Positions 47,275 through 57,960 are shown, counted from the stretch's first letter. The stretch is DNA of 64,000 bases from a candidate division FCPU426 bacterium (GCA_040756875.1 JBFLYH010000001.1:145317-209316), one strand, 5' to 3'. Notes: generated from the letters alone by a model not told the origin. Program-made: numbers and translations.

Positions 47275-48621
47275 ATGAACATCCGTCTGCGAGTCCTGGT
47301 GCCGCTGTTGTGCGCCGCAGCCTGGCTGGGCGGCGTTTCTGTCTGCCCGGCCGGATTGATGTCCGAGGCGGAAAAAACCCTGTTCATCAATTTCATGGTG
47401 GACTACGCCACGCCCGAACGGTCTGCTGAGTGGAAGGGCTGGAATTACAGCAACAGCCAGGTCAGTCACAATCCCGATCAGATGGGTCCTGACCAGCGCC
47501 GCGACATCGCCTCCTGCCTCTATCCGCTGGTCGGGGTGTATGACATGAGCGATCCCATGATCGCCGAGTACCATTGCCAGCTGATGAAGATGATCGGCGC
47601 GGACGCCGGTGTTTTCACCCTGAGTTTCAACGAGGATCCCAATGCCGCCAAGCCGCAGATGCGGAACCTGCAGCGGCGGGTGATGGAAAATTATTTCCGG
47701 TATCTCAAAGCATACAGCCTCAAGGGCGTGCTTCTGTTCGAGGACAAAGCGCATTGGCTGTGGAACGACCGGCATAAAACCAGAACCGAGACGGTCTGGG
47801 CCGCCTTCGCGGATTTGGACCAATGGCTGGGCCAGTTCCGCGACGTCCAGGTCCAGGTGGCCGGCCGCCCCCTGGTGCTGCTATTCAGCTACAGCCAGCA
47901 GGTTCCGGGCCGGGGTGAGAGCCGTTTTTCGCCCGATGAAATCGGCTATTGGATGAAATCCTTCGAAGAAAACCAGCGGCCGATTCTGCTGGCTCAGTGG
48001 TTCAGCCCCGAGTACCGCGGCTCCCTGGACGGCTATTACGAGTGGCCCCATGTGGTCGGGCCGCCGCCGGCTGGCAGGGATTGCCGCGTGTTCAACGACT
48101 TCGACCAGGAAGTCAAGCTGTGGGAGAGCCGGCACGAGGAATTGTATTTTAACCTGGCCAACGGGCATTACCAGCTGGTGATCGGCGGCGTGTGGCCCGG
48201 CTTCGAGGATACGGGCTGCTACGGGTGGGGCGGGGGCTGCCGCATCATCCCCCGTTACAACGGCAAGGTCTATGCCTATCATTGGAAGCGGATGATCGAA
48301 TCGAATTATCCCCTGGTGCAAATCGCCACCTGGAACGACTGGGGCGAAGGCACGGCGATTGAGCCCAGCCGCGAATACGGCACCCAGTACCTGGAATTGA
48401 CCCGGGAATGGTCGGCCCGGTGGCGGAAAACCGACGCTCTGACCGGGAACCTGCATGTCCCCGCCTGGATCTATGTCCTGCGCAAAACCTCCAAGCAGCA
48501 GAAGGCGCTGGAGGCCGCGAAAGCGGCCAGCGCCGCGATTCAAAACGGCCGTTTCGACGAAGCGGAGCGGCTGCTGCAGCCGTTCGTCCAGCCCCTGCAA
48601 CTGGAACGGAAGCTCCCCTGA
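47275..48621 (+). CDS. Secreted GH99-like glycoside hydrolase family protein (endo-alpha-mannosidase-like TIM barrel)
   Basis: It has a signal peptide. 'RRDIASCLYPLVGVYDMSDPMIAEYHCQLMKMIGADAGVFTLSF' and 'IATWNDWGEGTAIEPS' resemble GH99 motifs. Confidence 0.45.
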   Translation: MNIRLRVLVPLLCAAAWLGGVSVCPAGLMSEAEKTLFINFMVDYATPERSAEWKGWNYSNSQVSHNPDQMGPDQRRDIASCLYPLVGVYDMSDPMIAEYHCQLMKMIGADAGVFTLSFNEDPNAAKPQMRNLQRRVMENYFRYLKAYSLKGVLLFEDKAHWLWNDRHKTRTETVWAAFADLDQWLGQFRDVQVQVAGRPLVLLFSYSQQVPGRGESRFSPDEIGYWMKSFEENQRPILLAQWFSPEYRGSLDGYYEWPHVVGPPPAGRDCRVFNDFDQEVKLWESRHEELYFNLANGHYQLVIGGVWPGFEDTGCYGWGGGCRIIPRYNGKVYAYHWKRMIESNYPLVQIATWNDWGEGTAIEPSREYGTQYLELTREWSARWRKTDALTGNLHVPAWIYVLRKTSKQQKALEAAKAASAAIQNGRFDEAERLLQPFVQPLQLERKLP

Positions 48622-48720
48622 ACCGCCCGCCGGTTTTTTGCGGGCTCGCCCATTAAAAAACTGGCAAAATTCCGATAAATGGATAAAATGTGGGCAGTTT
48701 CCGGAGGGGGGCTTGATAAT

Positions 48721-51519
48721 ATGAAGCGAATAGCAGCCGTGATCGGCATCTTTCTGGCGCTGGGCGCCGGCGGGTGCCAGCAAGCCATGGTGCACGTCAG
48801 TCCCGGCGAGGTGGCCTTTCAACCGGGCGCTGAACCGCCGGCGGTCCTGGCTTATTATTTTACCGGGTATGAAACCCCGGTCCGGAGCAACCGCTGGCGT
48901 TTTTGGTCCTGGGAACAGAAACCCCGCCGCCACAACCCGGACCGGATGTTTCCGGACGGCCGGCGCGACATTGCCGGCATCCACTATCCCCTAATTGAAC
49001 CGTACGATTCAATCGATGAGGACGTGATCGAATACCACATGCTCCTGGCCAAGGCCGCCGGTTTGGACGGGTTTGTGGTCGATTGGTACGGGTTCAACAA
49101 TGAATTCGGGCAGCCCCGCTACGAAGACCAGGTGTTTCGGAAAATGCTCGCCCTGGCGGAGCGCTTGAAATTCAAAGTCTGCCTCAGCTTCGAAGATAAA
49201 AGCATGTTCCCGCCTTTTCAGCGTCTGGCTGACCGCAAGGCCAGCGTCGCCCTGGCGCAGCAAACCATCGCCCAGGCCTGCAGGCAATACGGCCAGCAGC
49301 CGGGCTATTTCAAGCTGGACGGCCGTCCGGTTCTGACCGGCTATAATTGGAACCTGGCTACCGAGGAAGCGCCCCAAAACGGGGCCTTCACGGTTTCCGA
49401 ATGGCAGCGCATTCTGGCCGGCATGGGTCCCAAGCGGCCGGTTCTGATCTCCAACGTCCACTGGCACTGGAACCGTTCCCTGGCGGACACGCGGTATGCC
49501 GAAGTGGCGGACAGCCTGTATCCCTGGGTGGCCAACAGCTGCAAGCAGCTGGACCGCTTCTACACCGAGGAAGCCCGGCTGGTGGCCGGGGACAAGCTGA
49601 AGTTCTTAAGCGGCGTGGTCTGCCCGGGCGCCGACAATTTCGGCACCTGGGGCGGGGACGAGAGCCGCACTATTGTCCCCAGGAAAAACGGCGAGGTTTA
49701 CAAGAACACCTGGCGCGAGAGCCTCAAGCACAAACCCCGCTGGATCCAAATCGCCACCTGGAACGATTTCCCGGCGGGCAGCACCATCGAACCGTCCAGG
49801 GAGTACGAATATCAATATCTCGAGATCACCTCCGATTTTGCGTCCGCCATCCATGGCCAGCAGCCGGATTACCAGGCCCTGCGTGTGCCAAAAAAGATTT
49901 TCGATGCCAAGCGGGAACTGCGCGAATTGAGCCAGACCAAGGCGGCAAACCGGTCGGTGCTTGACCTACTGCAAAAGGACATCGGCGAAGCCGTGGACTT
50001 GATGGCGGGAAACCAGACGCGCCAGGCGGACGCACTCATCAGCCAGACGCTGCGCGGGCTGGCCGGTGAACGAGCCAAAGTGCAGCCCGAACCGGAGTTG
50101 ATCGTAACGCTTGAACCCGAGAAACTCAGCCTCCATGCGGGGGAGGCGAAATATTTCTGGGTGGAAGTCAAAAATGCGACGCCCAAAGCCGTGCGCGGCC
50201 GCATCAAGCTGGACAGCGACCGTGATTTGCCCGCCGATTGGTTCAATCAAAGCACCATGCCCGTGGATTTGAATCCCCGGCAAAAAACCAAGCTGCCTTT
50301 CCGGATCAAGGTTCCGGAGGAGGCTGGCAATATCAAAGCCTTGCTCGAAGCGCAGTTGTACGCCGGCGGCAAGTTCATCCGGTCGCGGGTCTCAACCGTG
50401 GATGTCGTCACTCCGTATTTCAACGTGGATGTGGGTTCCCGCAACCTATACCAGCTGGGCGAGGAAGCGGAGGTGCGCGTTTTGCTCGCCGGTCTGGAGG
50501 AGGACAGCGGCAAAATCCAGCTGATTGCTCCTGCCGGCTGGCAGGTTCGGCCGGTTGAAGTCGAATATACGCTCGTCCCGGATCAGCCCAGCGAGGCGGT
50601 TTTTTGGGTCAAACCCACTACCAGCCAGGCCGGCTTGCTGACCGCTTCGGTGAAAAGCCGGACCCAAGGACAGGTGCGGGTCCAGGAACCCGTGCAGGCG
50701 TTGCGGGGCGGGGAAACCGTGGCGCTCCAGGGTGACGTGGACAACGACGGCGAAACCGATTTCGTACTGGGTAACCGCCGGGTGGAGGTCCACGTCAGTT
50801 CCACCCATGGCGGCCGCATAACCGGGTTTTTCCTTAAAAGCGACGGCGGTGACAATCAGTTGTTTTACGATCCCAACCTGTCCCGCCAGCGGGCGGCTGC
50901 AGAGACCGACCAGTGGATTGAATATGGAGGCATCAACGATACCTTTCCCTTGAATTGGCCGGGCGAGGTTTGGAACAACCGCTGGCCCACCCGTATCGTG
51001 GAATCCGGCCCGGGCAAAGGGTTGGAACAAACAACGCGTGCGGCCAACGGCCTGGCATTGACCCGCCAGCTGCGCCTGCGGGACGATTCACCCCGCCTGG
51101 AAGCGGTTTACTTGGTGAAGAACACCGGATCAAAGAAAATCAAATACCGGTGGCACAATCACCCGGATCTGTCACCCGGTCCGAACGACGAAGCCCAGCG
51201 TTCCATACGCATCCAGGTTCCCCAATCCGGAGGAGTCGTTAACGTCCCCTTTTCAGGCAACCTGACCAAGGAGCATTATCCGCCGTCGCAAAACTGGTGC
51301 CTCACCTGGGACAGCGAATCGGACGAATACTTTCTGCAACAGTTCGACGCGCGCCGGGTGGAGAAAATCGGGGTTTGGCAGGGCAGGAATTTTTTCACCA
51401 TGGAAATCATTTCCAGGGAGGCGGTTCTGGAGCCGGGCGCGACCGACCGCTTCCGCGTGGATTATATAGCCGGCAAGGGAGATTGGGAGAACCAATTGCC
51501 GCTTTTTTCCACCCGCTGA
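48721..51519 (+). CDS. Large lipoprotein: N-terminal GH99-like domain plus about 600-aa beta-rich C-terminal extension with a Ca-binding-like 'DVDNDGETDF' motif
   Basis: The lipobox is 'ALGAGGC'. 'RRDIAGIHYPLIEPYDSIDEDVIEYHMLLAKAAGLDGFVVDW' and 'IATWNDFPAGSTIEPS' make it a paralog of the upstream gene. The start is at 48721, with a GGAGGGGGG RBS. Confidence 0.45.
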   Translation: MKRIAAVIGIFLALGAGGCQQAMVHVSPGEVAFQPGAEPPAVLAYYFTGYETPVRSNRWRFWSWEQKPRRHNPDRMFPDGRRDIAGIHYPLIEPYDSIDEDVIEYHMLLAKAAGLDGFVVDWYGFNNEFGQPRYEDQVFRKMLALAERLKFKVCLSFEDKSMFPPFQRLADRKASVALAQQTIAQACRQYGQQPGYFKLDGRPVLTGYNWNLATEEAPQNGAFTVSEWQRILAGMGPKRPVLISNVHWHWNRSLADTRYAEVADSLYPWVANSCKQLDRFYTEEARLVAGDKLKFLSGVVCPGADNFGTWGGDESRTIVPRKNGEVYKNTWRESLKHKPRWIQIATWNDFPAGSTIEPSREYEYQYLEITSDFASAIHGQQPDYQALRVPKKIFDAKRELRELSQTKAANRSVLDLLQKDIGEAVDLMAGNQTRQADALISQTLRGLAGERAKVQPEPELIVTLEPEKLSLHAGEAKYFWVEVKNATPKAVRGRIKLDSDRDLPADWFNQSTMPVDLNPRQKTKLPFRIKVPEEAGNIKALLEAQLYAGGKFIRSRVSTVDVVTPYFNVDVGSRNLYQLGEEAEVRVLLAGLEEDSGKIQLIAPAGWQVRPVEVEYTLVPDQPSEAVFWVKPTTSQAGLLTASVKSRTQGQVRVQEPVQALRGGETVALQGDVDNDGETDFVLGNRRVEVHVSSTHGGRITGFFLKSDGGDNQLFYDPNLSRQRAAAETDQWIEYGGINDTFPLNWPGEVWNNRWPTRIVESGPGKGLEQTTRAANGLALTRQLRLRDDSPRLEAVYLVKNTGSKKIKYRWHNHPDLSPGPNDEAQRSIRIQVPQSGGVVNVPFSGNLTKEHYPPSQNWCLTWDSESDEYFLQQFDARRVEKIGVWQGRNFFTMEIISREAVLEPGATDRFRVDYIAGKGDWENQLPLFSTR

Positions 51520-51598
51520 GGGGGCGGCCGCCGGAACGGAGGCTTCTTCCGGACGCGGCGAAAAACGGAGCCGGTAGAAGTAAGCATAGGAGACGGCC

Positions 51599-52159
51599 GT
51601 GTCCTGGATCGCTTTATTGCTGGTTGCCGTGGGCTTGGGTATGGATGCCTTTGCCGTGGCTGTGGCCACGGGCGTCAAGCTCTGCCGCGTGAACTGGCGC
51701 CAGGCCGGCCGCATGTCCCTGGCTTTCGGTTTTTTCCAATTCGCCATGACAGCCGCGGGGTGGCTGGGCGGCCGCACGCTCAGCGGATTTTTACATGCCG
51801 TGGACCATTGGGTGGCTTTCACCCTGCTGGCCGTGGTGGGCGGACGCATGGTCTGGGGCGGTTGGCACCCCGAACAGGCAGGCTGGCGGGCCGAGGATCC
51901 GACCCGCGGCTGGCTCCTGCTCACTCTGGCCCTGGCTACCAGCGTGGATGCTTTGGCCGTGGGGTTTGGGTTTTCACTGTTGCAGATCCCGATTTGGGGG
52001 GCAGCCGGGCTCATCGGCGTGGTTGCTCTGCTGATGACGCTCGTAGGATTGCACATCGGCTGCCGGGTGGGGCTGACGTTCGGCCAACGCATGGAAATCC
52101 TGGGCGGCCTGCTTCTGATTGGCATCGGAATTAAAATCCTCGTGGATCACCTCACCTGA
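51599..52159 (+). CDS. mntP: Manganese efflux pump MntP
   Basis: 'GMDAFAVAVATG' and a second repeat 'SVDALAVGFGFS' match the MntP/YebN DUF204 repeats. Confidence 0.75.
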   Translation: MSWIALLLVAVGLGMDAFAVAVATGVKLCRVNWRQAGRMSLAFGFFQFAMTAAGWLGGRTLSGFLHAVDHWVAFTLLAVVGGRMVWGGWHPEQAGWRAEDPTRGWLLLTLALATSVDALAVGFGFSLLQIPIWGAAGLIGVVALLMTLVGLHIGCRVGLTFGQRMEILGGLLLIGIGIKILVDHLT

Positions 52160-52251
52160 ACTTTTCCCGCCGGAAGAATTACATAGGCATTTTAATATTC
52201 CGATAGTATGATGAAAGCTCATTGCGCTTAACATCCGAGGAGGACTGGGTT

Positions 52252-53187
52252 ATGACGACGCGGTTGATGCGAGGATGGGTGATGGTGGCGCCCATGGCAC
52301 TCGTGGTTTTATGCGGGCATCCCGGCTGGGCGGCCAAAAAAACGGCCAGATCCGTCAAACCGCCCAAGGTTGAAAAGACCGCGGAGCAGCTGCGCCAGGA
52401 GGTGGCAGCCGCGCCGGACCAGGCCCAGTTGCAATACGAACTGGGCGTGGCCCTGGCCAAAGAGGGCAAACCGCAGGACGCTGTCAATGCGCTGAAGAAA
52501 GCCACGGAACTGAAAAACGATTTTACCGCCGCCCATTATACTTTGGGCGCGGTCTATTACAGCCTGAAACGCCCGGACCAAGCCAAAACCTCGTTTCGAC
52601 GGGCCGTGGAGCTGGATTCCCGGCACGCCAAGGCCCACCTGGGCTTGGGAACCTTGTGGCTGCAGGAAAAGAAATACGCCGATGCTGTCAAGGAATTGGA
52701 AGCCGCCTTGCGCGCAGACTCCCGCCTGCCTGCTGCGCATTACCAGCTGGGACTCGCCCACTTTTACCAGGGACAGTACCGGCCCGCGGCCGCTTCCTTG
52801 CGTCAGGCGATTGCGCTGGGCAAACGGGATGGGGAAACGCATTACACCCTGGGCAATGTTTATCGGAAACTAGGGCAATGGGAACAGGCCGCGGCCGCTT
52901 TTTTGGACGCCACCAAGGCTGAACCGAAAAACGCCAAAACCTGGAATGAATTGGGATACGTCAAATATGAGCAGAAAGAATTCAAGGCCGCGCAAAAGGC
53001 CTGGGAAACGGCAGTGTCGCTGGACCCGCAATCCGCCGAAGCCCACTATGGATTGGGGCTGGTGCACCTTCAGGCCAAGCGCTGGGACCAGGCGCAGGCG
53101 GTGTACGAGCAACTGCGGAGCTTGGACGCCGAATTGGCGGCTGACCTGCTTTCCGAACTGGAGGCCAAACGGCCGAAGGAGAAGTGA
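52252..53187 (+). CDS. Secreted TPR-repeat protein
   Basis: It has a signal peptide, then about seven TPR units ('AHYTLGAVYYSLKRPDQAKTSFRRAVELD', repeated). The start is at 52252, with a GAGGAGG RBS. Confidence 0.6.
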   Translation: MTTRLMRGWVMVAPMALVVLCGHPGWAAKKTARSVKPPKVEKTAEQLRQEVAAAPDQAQLQYELGVALAKEGKPQDAVNALKKATELKNDFTAAHYTLGAVYYSLKRPDQAKTSFRRAVELDSRHAKAHLGLGTLWLQEKKYADAVKELEAALRADSRLPAAHYQLGLAHFYQGQYRPAAASLRQAIALGKRDGETHYTLGNVYRKLGQWEQAAAAFLDATKAEPKNAKTWNELGYVKYEQKEFKAAQKAWETAVSLDPQSAEAHYGLGLVHLQAKRWDQAQAVYEQLRSLDAELAADLLSELEAKRPKEK

Positions 53188-53197
53188 GGCGGTCCGG

Positions 53198-53659
53198 TCA
53201 GGTATAAAGCGGCGAGTTCATGTCATCGAGTTCGAAATCCACCAAAAACTGCTTCAACAGCTTGCGGCTCGAAGGTTCGAGGTCCAGGAATTCCACGCCC
53301 ACGGCGTAGCGTCCCTCGCCGCGGGGCTTGGACCAAGCCACGCGGGCCAGAATGCTGACCAGATTACATTCGTCCTCTTTAAAAACGCTGGCATCCACCA
53401 GTTCCCGCCGCTTGGATTCGGGCGGCAGGAACAGCGTCAAGGTCAGGAGCTGCCCCCCCTGCAGCGGGGATTGGCTGCTCATGGCCAGGCCCTTGGCCCC
53501 CAGGTCGTCAGCGAGGCTGTGGCTCACTTCGAAGCGCGATTTTTCGCCCCGGATGAGGATGCGGTATTTCAGCTTCATCCTCAGGGGGATGCGAGGATAT
53601 CTCCGGGATTCAACAACCACCATCTCGCCCTTTAAATCCGGCTGCTCTTCCATGGCCAT
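53198..53659 (-). CDS. PilZ-domain protein (c-di-GMP binding)
   Basis: 'RRYPRIPL' (RxxxR) and 'DLGAKGLAMSS' (D/NxSxxG) are present. Confidence 0.6.
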   Translation of the reverse strand: MAMEEQPDLKGEMVVVESRRYPRIPLRMKLKYRILIRGEKSRFEVSHSLADDLGAKGLAMSSQSPLQGGQLLTLTLFLPPESKRRELVDASVFKEDECNLVSILARVAWSKPRGEGRYAVGVEFLDLEPSSRKLLKQFLVDFELDDMNSPLYT

Positions 53660-53694
53660 TCCTCCTCGCGGTCTGCCTTGCCTCCCGCCTAATT

Positions 53695-54666
53695 TTATAC
53701 TACCACGCGCAGGGCTTGCGGCACCACTTCAATATCCACGGGCATATGCCCAAGGTATTCGCCGTCCAGCTGCAGATGCTCCCGGCGGTTCAGTACGGTG
53801 ATGCGGCGGCACTGTAGGTATTCGACATCCAGGAATTTGTCCAGCGCGCTGTGCTGCCAGCCCCAGATGTAGCCGAGGAAATGCAGAAAACTGCGGCGCT
53901 TGAAAATGCACACGTCCAGCTTTCCGTCCTGCAGGTCGGCCCGCGGCAGCAGCGCCATGTTGCCGCCGTAATATTTAACGTTGCCGGCGATGACCAAGTA
54001 TCCGCGCCGGGGTTCGGGTTGTCCGTCGATGCGCACCCAGACCTGGCGGAAAGGGTAGAGAAAGAAGGCGGCAATGCCCGCCACCAAGTAAGCGAACGCG
54101 CCGGTCAGGCGTTTGAGCCTCCAGTCGGTATTCTTGATGACAAAGGCGTCGAATCCCACCCCGGCCATGCAGGTGAAGTAGCGCTGATTCACCCGGCCCA
54201 GATCGATGGCGGTCTGCCGTCCCCGCGCCAGCAGGCGGCAGGCGGCGTCCAGGTCCAAGGGGATGTTCATCTGCAGGCTGAAGAGGTTTACGGTTCCGGC
54301 AGGGATGACGCCCAGCGCGGTGGAGGAACCGGCCAGGCCGTTGATGACCGCGTTGATGGTGCCGTCGCCTCCTGCCGCGACCACCAGATCGTAGCGGTTT
54401 TTAACGCATTGCCTGGCAGCGGCCGTGGCTGCGCCGGGAGACAAGGTCAGCACCGGTTCGGCCTGGAGTCCCTGGTTCCGCAGGGCCTCGAGAATTCGAC
54501 GGAGATAAACCTGGGGGGATTGGATTTTGGACTGCGTTAACGCGCCCGTCCAGGCGAGCGCTCCGCCCGAACCGGACTGCGGATTGAAGATCAGCTTGAT
54601 TTTTTTCAGCCGGGGTTTCCGTTGGCCGGTCCTCGCCGGCGCGGCAGGCGGCTTGCTTCGCATCAT
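53695..54666 (-). CDS. Diacylglycerol kinase-family lipid kinase (YegS/BmrU-like)
   Basis: 'VVAAGGDGTINAVINGL' and 'LGVIPAGTVNLF' are present. The start is at 54666, with a GAGGGG RBS. Confidence 0.65.
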   Translation of the reverse strand: MMRSKPPAAPARTGQRKPRLKKIKLIFNPQSGSGGALAWTGALTQSKIQSPQVYLRRILEALRNQGLQAEPVLTLSPGAATAAARQCVKNRYDLVVAAGGDGTINAVINGLAGSSTALGVIPAGTVNLFSLQMNIPLDLDAACRLLARGRQTAIDLGRVNQRYFTCMAGVGFDAFVIKNTDWRLKRLTGAFAYLVAGIAAFFLYPFRQVWVRIDGQPEPRRGYLVIAGNVKYYGGNMALLPRADLQDGKLDVCIFKRRSFLHFLGYIWGWQHSALDKFLDVEYLQCRRITVLNRREHLQLDGEYLGHMPVDIEVVPQALRVVV

Positions 54667-54894
54667 ATCCCCTCGTTTCCCGAATGGGGCGAACAGGCGG
54701 TTTGGCGCCGGAACGATTTCGCGCCCCTCCGCCGATTGCACCGCCGCTGGCCTCGGAGGAATTCATTGTAGCATTTTTGACCCCCGCTCCGACCGCCAAA
54801 AAGAATCCAACGCTTTGCGGATTTAGGAAAAATGTGCTAGGATTAAAATCCTGGAACAGTCCCGGTCCTGCGGGCCTTGAAAAGGAGCAGCGGC

Positions 54895-56619
54895 GTGAAA
54901 CCTGGCAACATCATTCTCGCTCTTTTTCTGGTGATCGGCGTATTCTTGGTGATGATGGGACTGCAGATCGTGTCCTTCAGCACGGCATTTATTTTCATCG
55001 CCGTGCTGACGGTGATCGCCCTGATACTGATCGCCGTTTCCCTCAATAAAGGGCCGGAAGCGAAAGCCGCGGCGGCCGCGGCGGCCGCCGGAACGGCGGT
55101 CAAGACTCAGCCGGCGCTCATCGAGCCACCCAAGCCTGAATTGCCCAAAATATTGCAAAGCAAGACCCCTGAAACCCCGGCCGAAGCCCCGACTCCTCCG
55201 GTGGCTGAACTGGTGGTTCCCAACCAGCCCCTGGAAGTCATCACGCATTTGGCTGAACCCGAGCCTGCGGTAGAAGCGCCGGTTTCGGCTCCGGAATCCC
55301 TTGCCGCCGAGCCGGCGGTTTACGCAGAACCCCAGGCAGCAACGGTTGAAATCCAACCCCCCGTTTCTCCGGATACCGAGGTAAAGCCGGAAATAGAGCA
55401 AACCATCGAACTGGTCGCTCCTGCCCCTGTTCAGCTTGAACCCGCGTCAGAACCGGTTGCCGAACCCGCGCCAGTGCCAGTGCCTGAGCCCGTGCCCGAG
55501 CCTGCTGCTGAATCCGAGTTCGCGGCAGCGCCTGAACCCGAGCCAGCCTCCGAACCGGAACCGGACTGGGCGTCAGCGGTTGAAGCGGTGCCTGAACCGG
55601 CGTTCGAACCCTCGCCCGAACCTGAGCCTGCGGCGGCGCCGGAGCCATTGCCCGAACCTGCCGCCGAACCCGTGATGGCAGCCGAACCGGAATCAGCGCC
55701 ACTGGCCGTCCCTGAGCCTGCCGTGGAAACCCAGCCAGAACCCGTTACGGCGCCTGGGCCTGAGGTCCAACCCGAACCGAAAGTCGAGGTTGAAGCCCAG
55801 GACCGGCAGGAAACCCCGGCACGTCCTGAAAGCCAAGCGGTTGCCGTGCCGGAAGCAAACGCCAGTCCCAGGCCGTCCTGGGCGCCGATGGAAAAAGAGC
55901 TTACAGGATCCGCGGCGCAGCCGGAGGAGCCGGTCTCCGCCCGCTTGGAAGTGCCGGCTGCCCACCCCCCGGGCGTGGAAGAACTGGTCGTGCCCAGCCG
56001 CGATGTGTCCCGGATGGAAGTCCGGACGGTTCCGTCGCCTGTCATTCCAAACCGGCTGAACCGCGGCGAACGCGGCAGCGCGGAGACGCGTTCCATTCCC
56101 GCGGAATTGGGCCAAAGACTGGCCCAGCTGCGCCAGCAATGGTTCGAAGCCTGGGTGGAAGGCATACGCCGCTTCAACCGGCAGCAGCGTCAAACCGGGG
56201 TCCGGATTCCGCTGGAGCACTCCCGCTTGGGCGGGGAGGCGGAAATCGCCCTGCGGGTTTACCAGGTGAATCTGGTTGCGGATTATCTGCGTCGTTATCC
56301 ATACCTGCCCGGCCAGGAAGCGGTTGATTTCCTGGCCAAACTCGAGCAACAGGTTTTCGGCGCCGAGCGGGAGGTCTGCTTGTCATACCGGAAAAAGACT
56401 GAATCCGACGAGGCCGATCCGGTCGGGCGCTTCGCCGCGCACGTGCCCGCCGTCAGCGCGTATTTGGCCGGGAGGAATCCCGGCGACCTGGTTGCCAAAC
56501 TGCTGCTGGACAAGCTGCCGGCGTGGGTGGAAGGCAATCAACTGGAAATCGCCCAGGCCCTGGGCGACAAACGCACGGCCAATAAACTCGGCAACCGGCT
56601 CCGCCAAGGCGTGCGCTGA
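54895..56619 (+). CDS. Membrane-anchored protein: about 46-residue N-terminal hydrophobic anchor (probably two TM helices), about 330-aa Pro/Glu/Ala/Val-rich low-complexity linker, and a conserved C-terminal globular domain of unknown function
   Basis: The likely start is GTG at 54895 (RBS AAAGGAG). The ORF track's 54877 is TTG. PEPxPE-type repeats are visible at both DNA and protein level. The gene lies in an operon with the STAS-kinase fusion. Confidence 0.5.
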   Translation: MKPGNIILALFLVIGVFLVMMGLQIVSFSTAFIFIAVLTVIALILIAVSLNKGPEAKAAAAAAAAGTAVKTQPALIEPPKPELPKILQSKTPETPAEAPTPPVAELVVPNQPLEVITHLAEPEPAVEAPVSAPESLAAEPAVYAEPQAATVEIQPPVSPDTEVKPEIEQTIELVAPAPVQLEPASEPVAEPAPVPVPEPVPEPAAESEFAAAPEPEPASEPEPDWASAVEAVPEPAFEPSPEPEPAAAPEPLPEPAAEPVMAAEPESAPLAVPEPAVETQPEPVTAPGPEVQPEPKVEVEAQDRQETPARPESQAVAVPEANASPRPSWAPMEKELTGSAAQPEEPVSARLEVPAAHPPGVEELVVPSRDVSRMEVRTVPSPVIPNRLNRGERGSAETRSIPAELGQRLAQLRQQWFEAWVEGIRRFNRQQRQTGVRIPLEHSRLGGEAEIALRVYQVNLVADYLRRYPYLPGQEAVDFLAKLEQQVFGAEREVCLSYRKKTESDEADPVGRFAAHVPAVSAYLAGRNPGDLVAKLLLDKLPAWVEGNQLEIAQALGDKRTANKLGNRLRQGVR

Positions 56620-56652
56620 CCGGGCCGGCAAAACGGAAGGCGAGGGACCGCG

Positions 56653-57927
56653 ATGAGTTCACTGCTCGAATTCAACCAGCAACCCAGCCCGTTCATCGAC
56701 GACGTGCTCGTGCTGTCGGTCAGGGGCTCGATCGATTCGGAAACCGCGCCGCGGTTCGAAAAAGAGTTGTCCGCACTGCTGACCGGCGGCCATTCGCGGG
56801 TGCTGGTGGACATGGCTGAAACTGAATACGTCAGCTCGGCCGGGGTGGGCGTTTTCATCGGCATGATCCAGGAATTCCGTTCGCGTCCCGACGGCGACAT
56901 CAAAGCCTGCCGGGTTTCCAAAAAAATCCTGAAAATATTCGAGTCCATCGGCCTGGACGACATGCTCGATATTTATCCGGATGCGCAGTCCTTGACCATC
57001 TGGACCGCGGCGCCCCAGATCGAAGAGACACTCAGCCGTTTCGCGCTGGCGGTTCCCGCGGCCGAGGTCTATTGCGGCGAGGAATTCGTTCTGCGGGTCG
57101 AGGCCAGGGATTCCAAGGGCGCGCTGGCCATGGACTACCAGGCCGCGCCCGCGTTGCAGGTCTCGGCCGGCATGATTTTTCCCGTAGAACTCCTGGGGTT
57201 TTACCAGGGTTCGTGGCAAGGCAAGGTTAGGGTTACGGCTTCCGGAGAACTCACACTGACCGTGAAAGACGGCCACCACGTCGGCAACCTGACCCTGGCC
57301 GTGAAGGAACGCGAGCGGAAAGCGGTCTTTCCCATTGTCCACCAGTGCCCCACCTGCCGCGCCCAGATTCAGGTCCAAGGACCGGACTTGTATCGCTGCG
57401 AGATGTGCGACGAGACCTTTCGCGTGGATGATTGGGGGCATGTTTTCACCCTGAAGCCGGGCAGCCTGGCGCGCCGCCGCAAATCGCGTTACAAGGGCAT
57501 CGACATCCGGATGAACGCGGATGTGAATTACCTGGGCGTCATCCGCCAAACCGTCAGCAGCATCTGTCAGAAAGAAGGCATGGACGATGTGACCACCAAC
57601 GCCGTGACCCTGGCGGTCGAGGAAATCCTGCTCAACATCATCGAGCACGGCAACGACTATGATCCCTGGCAGATCCTGCGCCTGCGCCTGGAATTCCAAA
57701 AGAAGCAGGCCAAAATCCAGATCAGGGATTACGGAGATCCCTTCGATGTGACCAAACGCAAGGATTTGTCGCTGAAGTCGAAGATCGCCCAGGGGGCCAA
57801 GCGCGGGGTGGGCGGCCTGCTGGTCAATCAGTTGATGGATCAGGTCAAATATGAAAGCCTGCCCACCTACAACCAGCTGACCCTGATCAAGCGATACGGC
57901 GAAGCTGAACCTGGAACCGCGACCTGA
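56653..57927 (+). CDS. Single-chain partner-switching module: N-terminal STAS (anti-sigma-factor antagonist), central beta/zinc-ribbon region, C-terminal RsbW/SpoIIAB-type GHKL Ser kinase
   Basis: The STAS domain is 'VLVDMAETEYVSSAGVGVFIGM'. The zinc ribbon is 'CPTCRAQ...CEMCDETF'. The kinase N-box is 'AVEEILLNIIEHG', G1 is 'DYGDPFD' and G2 is 'GVGGLLV'. Confidence 0.6.
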   Translation: MSSLLEFNQQPSPFIDDVLVLSVRGSIDSETAPRFEKELSALLTGGHSRVLVDMAETEYVSSAGVGVFIGMIQEFRSRPDGDIKACRVSKKILKIFESIGLDDMLDIYPDAQSLTIWTAAPQIEETLSRFALAVPAAEVYCGEEFVLRVEARDSKGALAMDYQAAPALQVSAGMIFPVELLGFYQGSWQGKVRVTASGELTLTVKDGHHVGNLTLAVKERERKAVFPIVHQCPTCRAQIQVQGPDLYRCEMCDETFRVDDWGHVFTLKPGSLARRRKSRYKGIDIRMNADVNYLGVIRQTVSSICQKEGMDDVTTNAVTLAVEEILLNIIEHGNDYDPWQILRLRLEFQKKQAKIQIRDYGDPFDVTKRKDLSLKSKIAQGAKRGVGGLLVNQLMDQVKYESLPTYNQLTLIKRYGEAEPGTAT

Positions 57928-57960
57928 AGCCCCGCCGAACAGACATGGATGAAGGGAAAT

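Noticed and set aside
55000-55850. DNA-level periodic repeats (GAACC/GAGCC/CCTG units) that could be mistaken for a tandem-repeat or CRISPR-like array
   Set aside because: They lie inside a continuous ORF and encode the Pro/Glu/Ala low-complexity linker of the 54895 protein. The repeat units are irregular and in frame.
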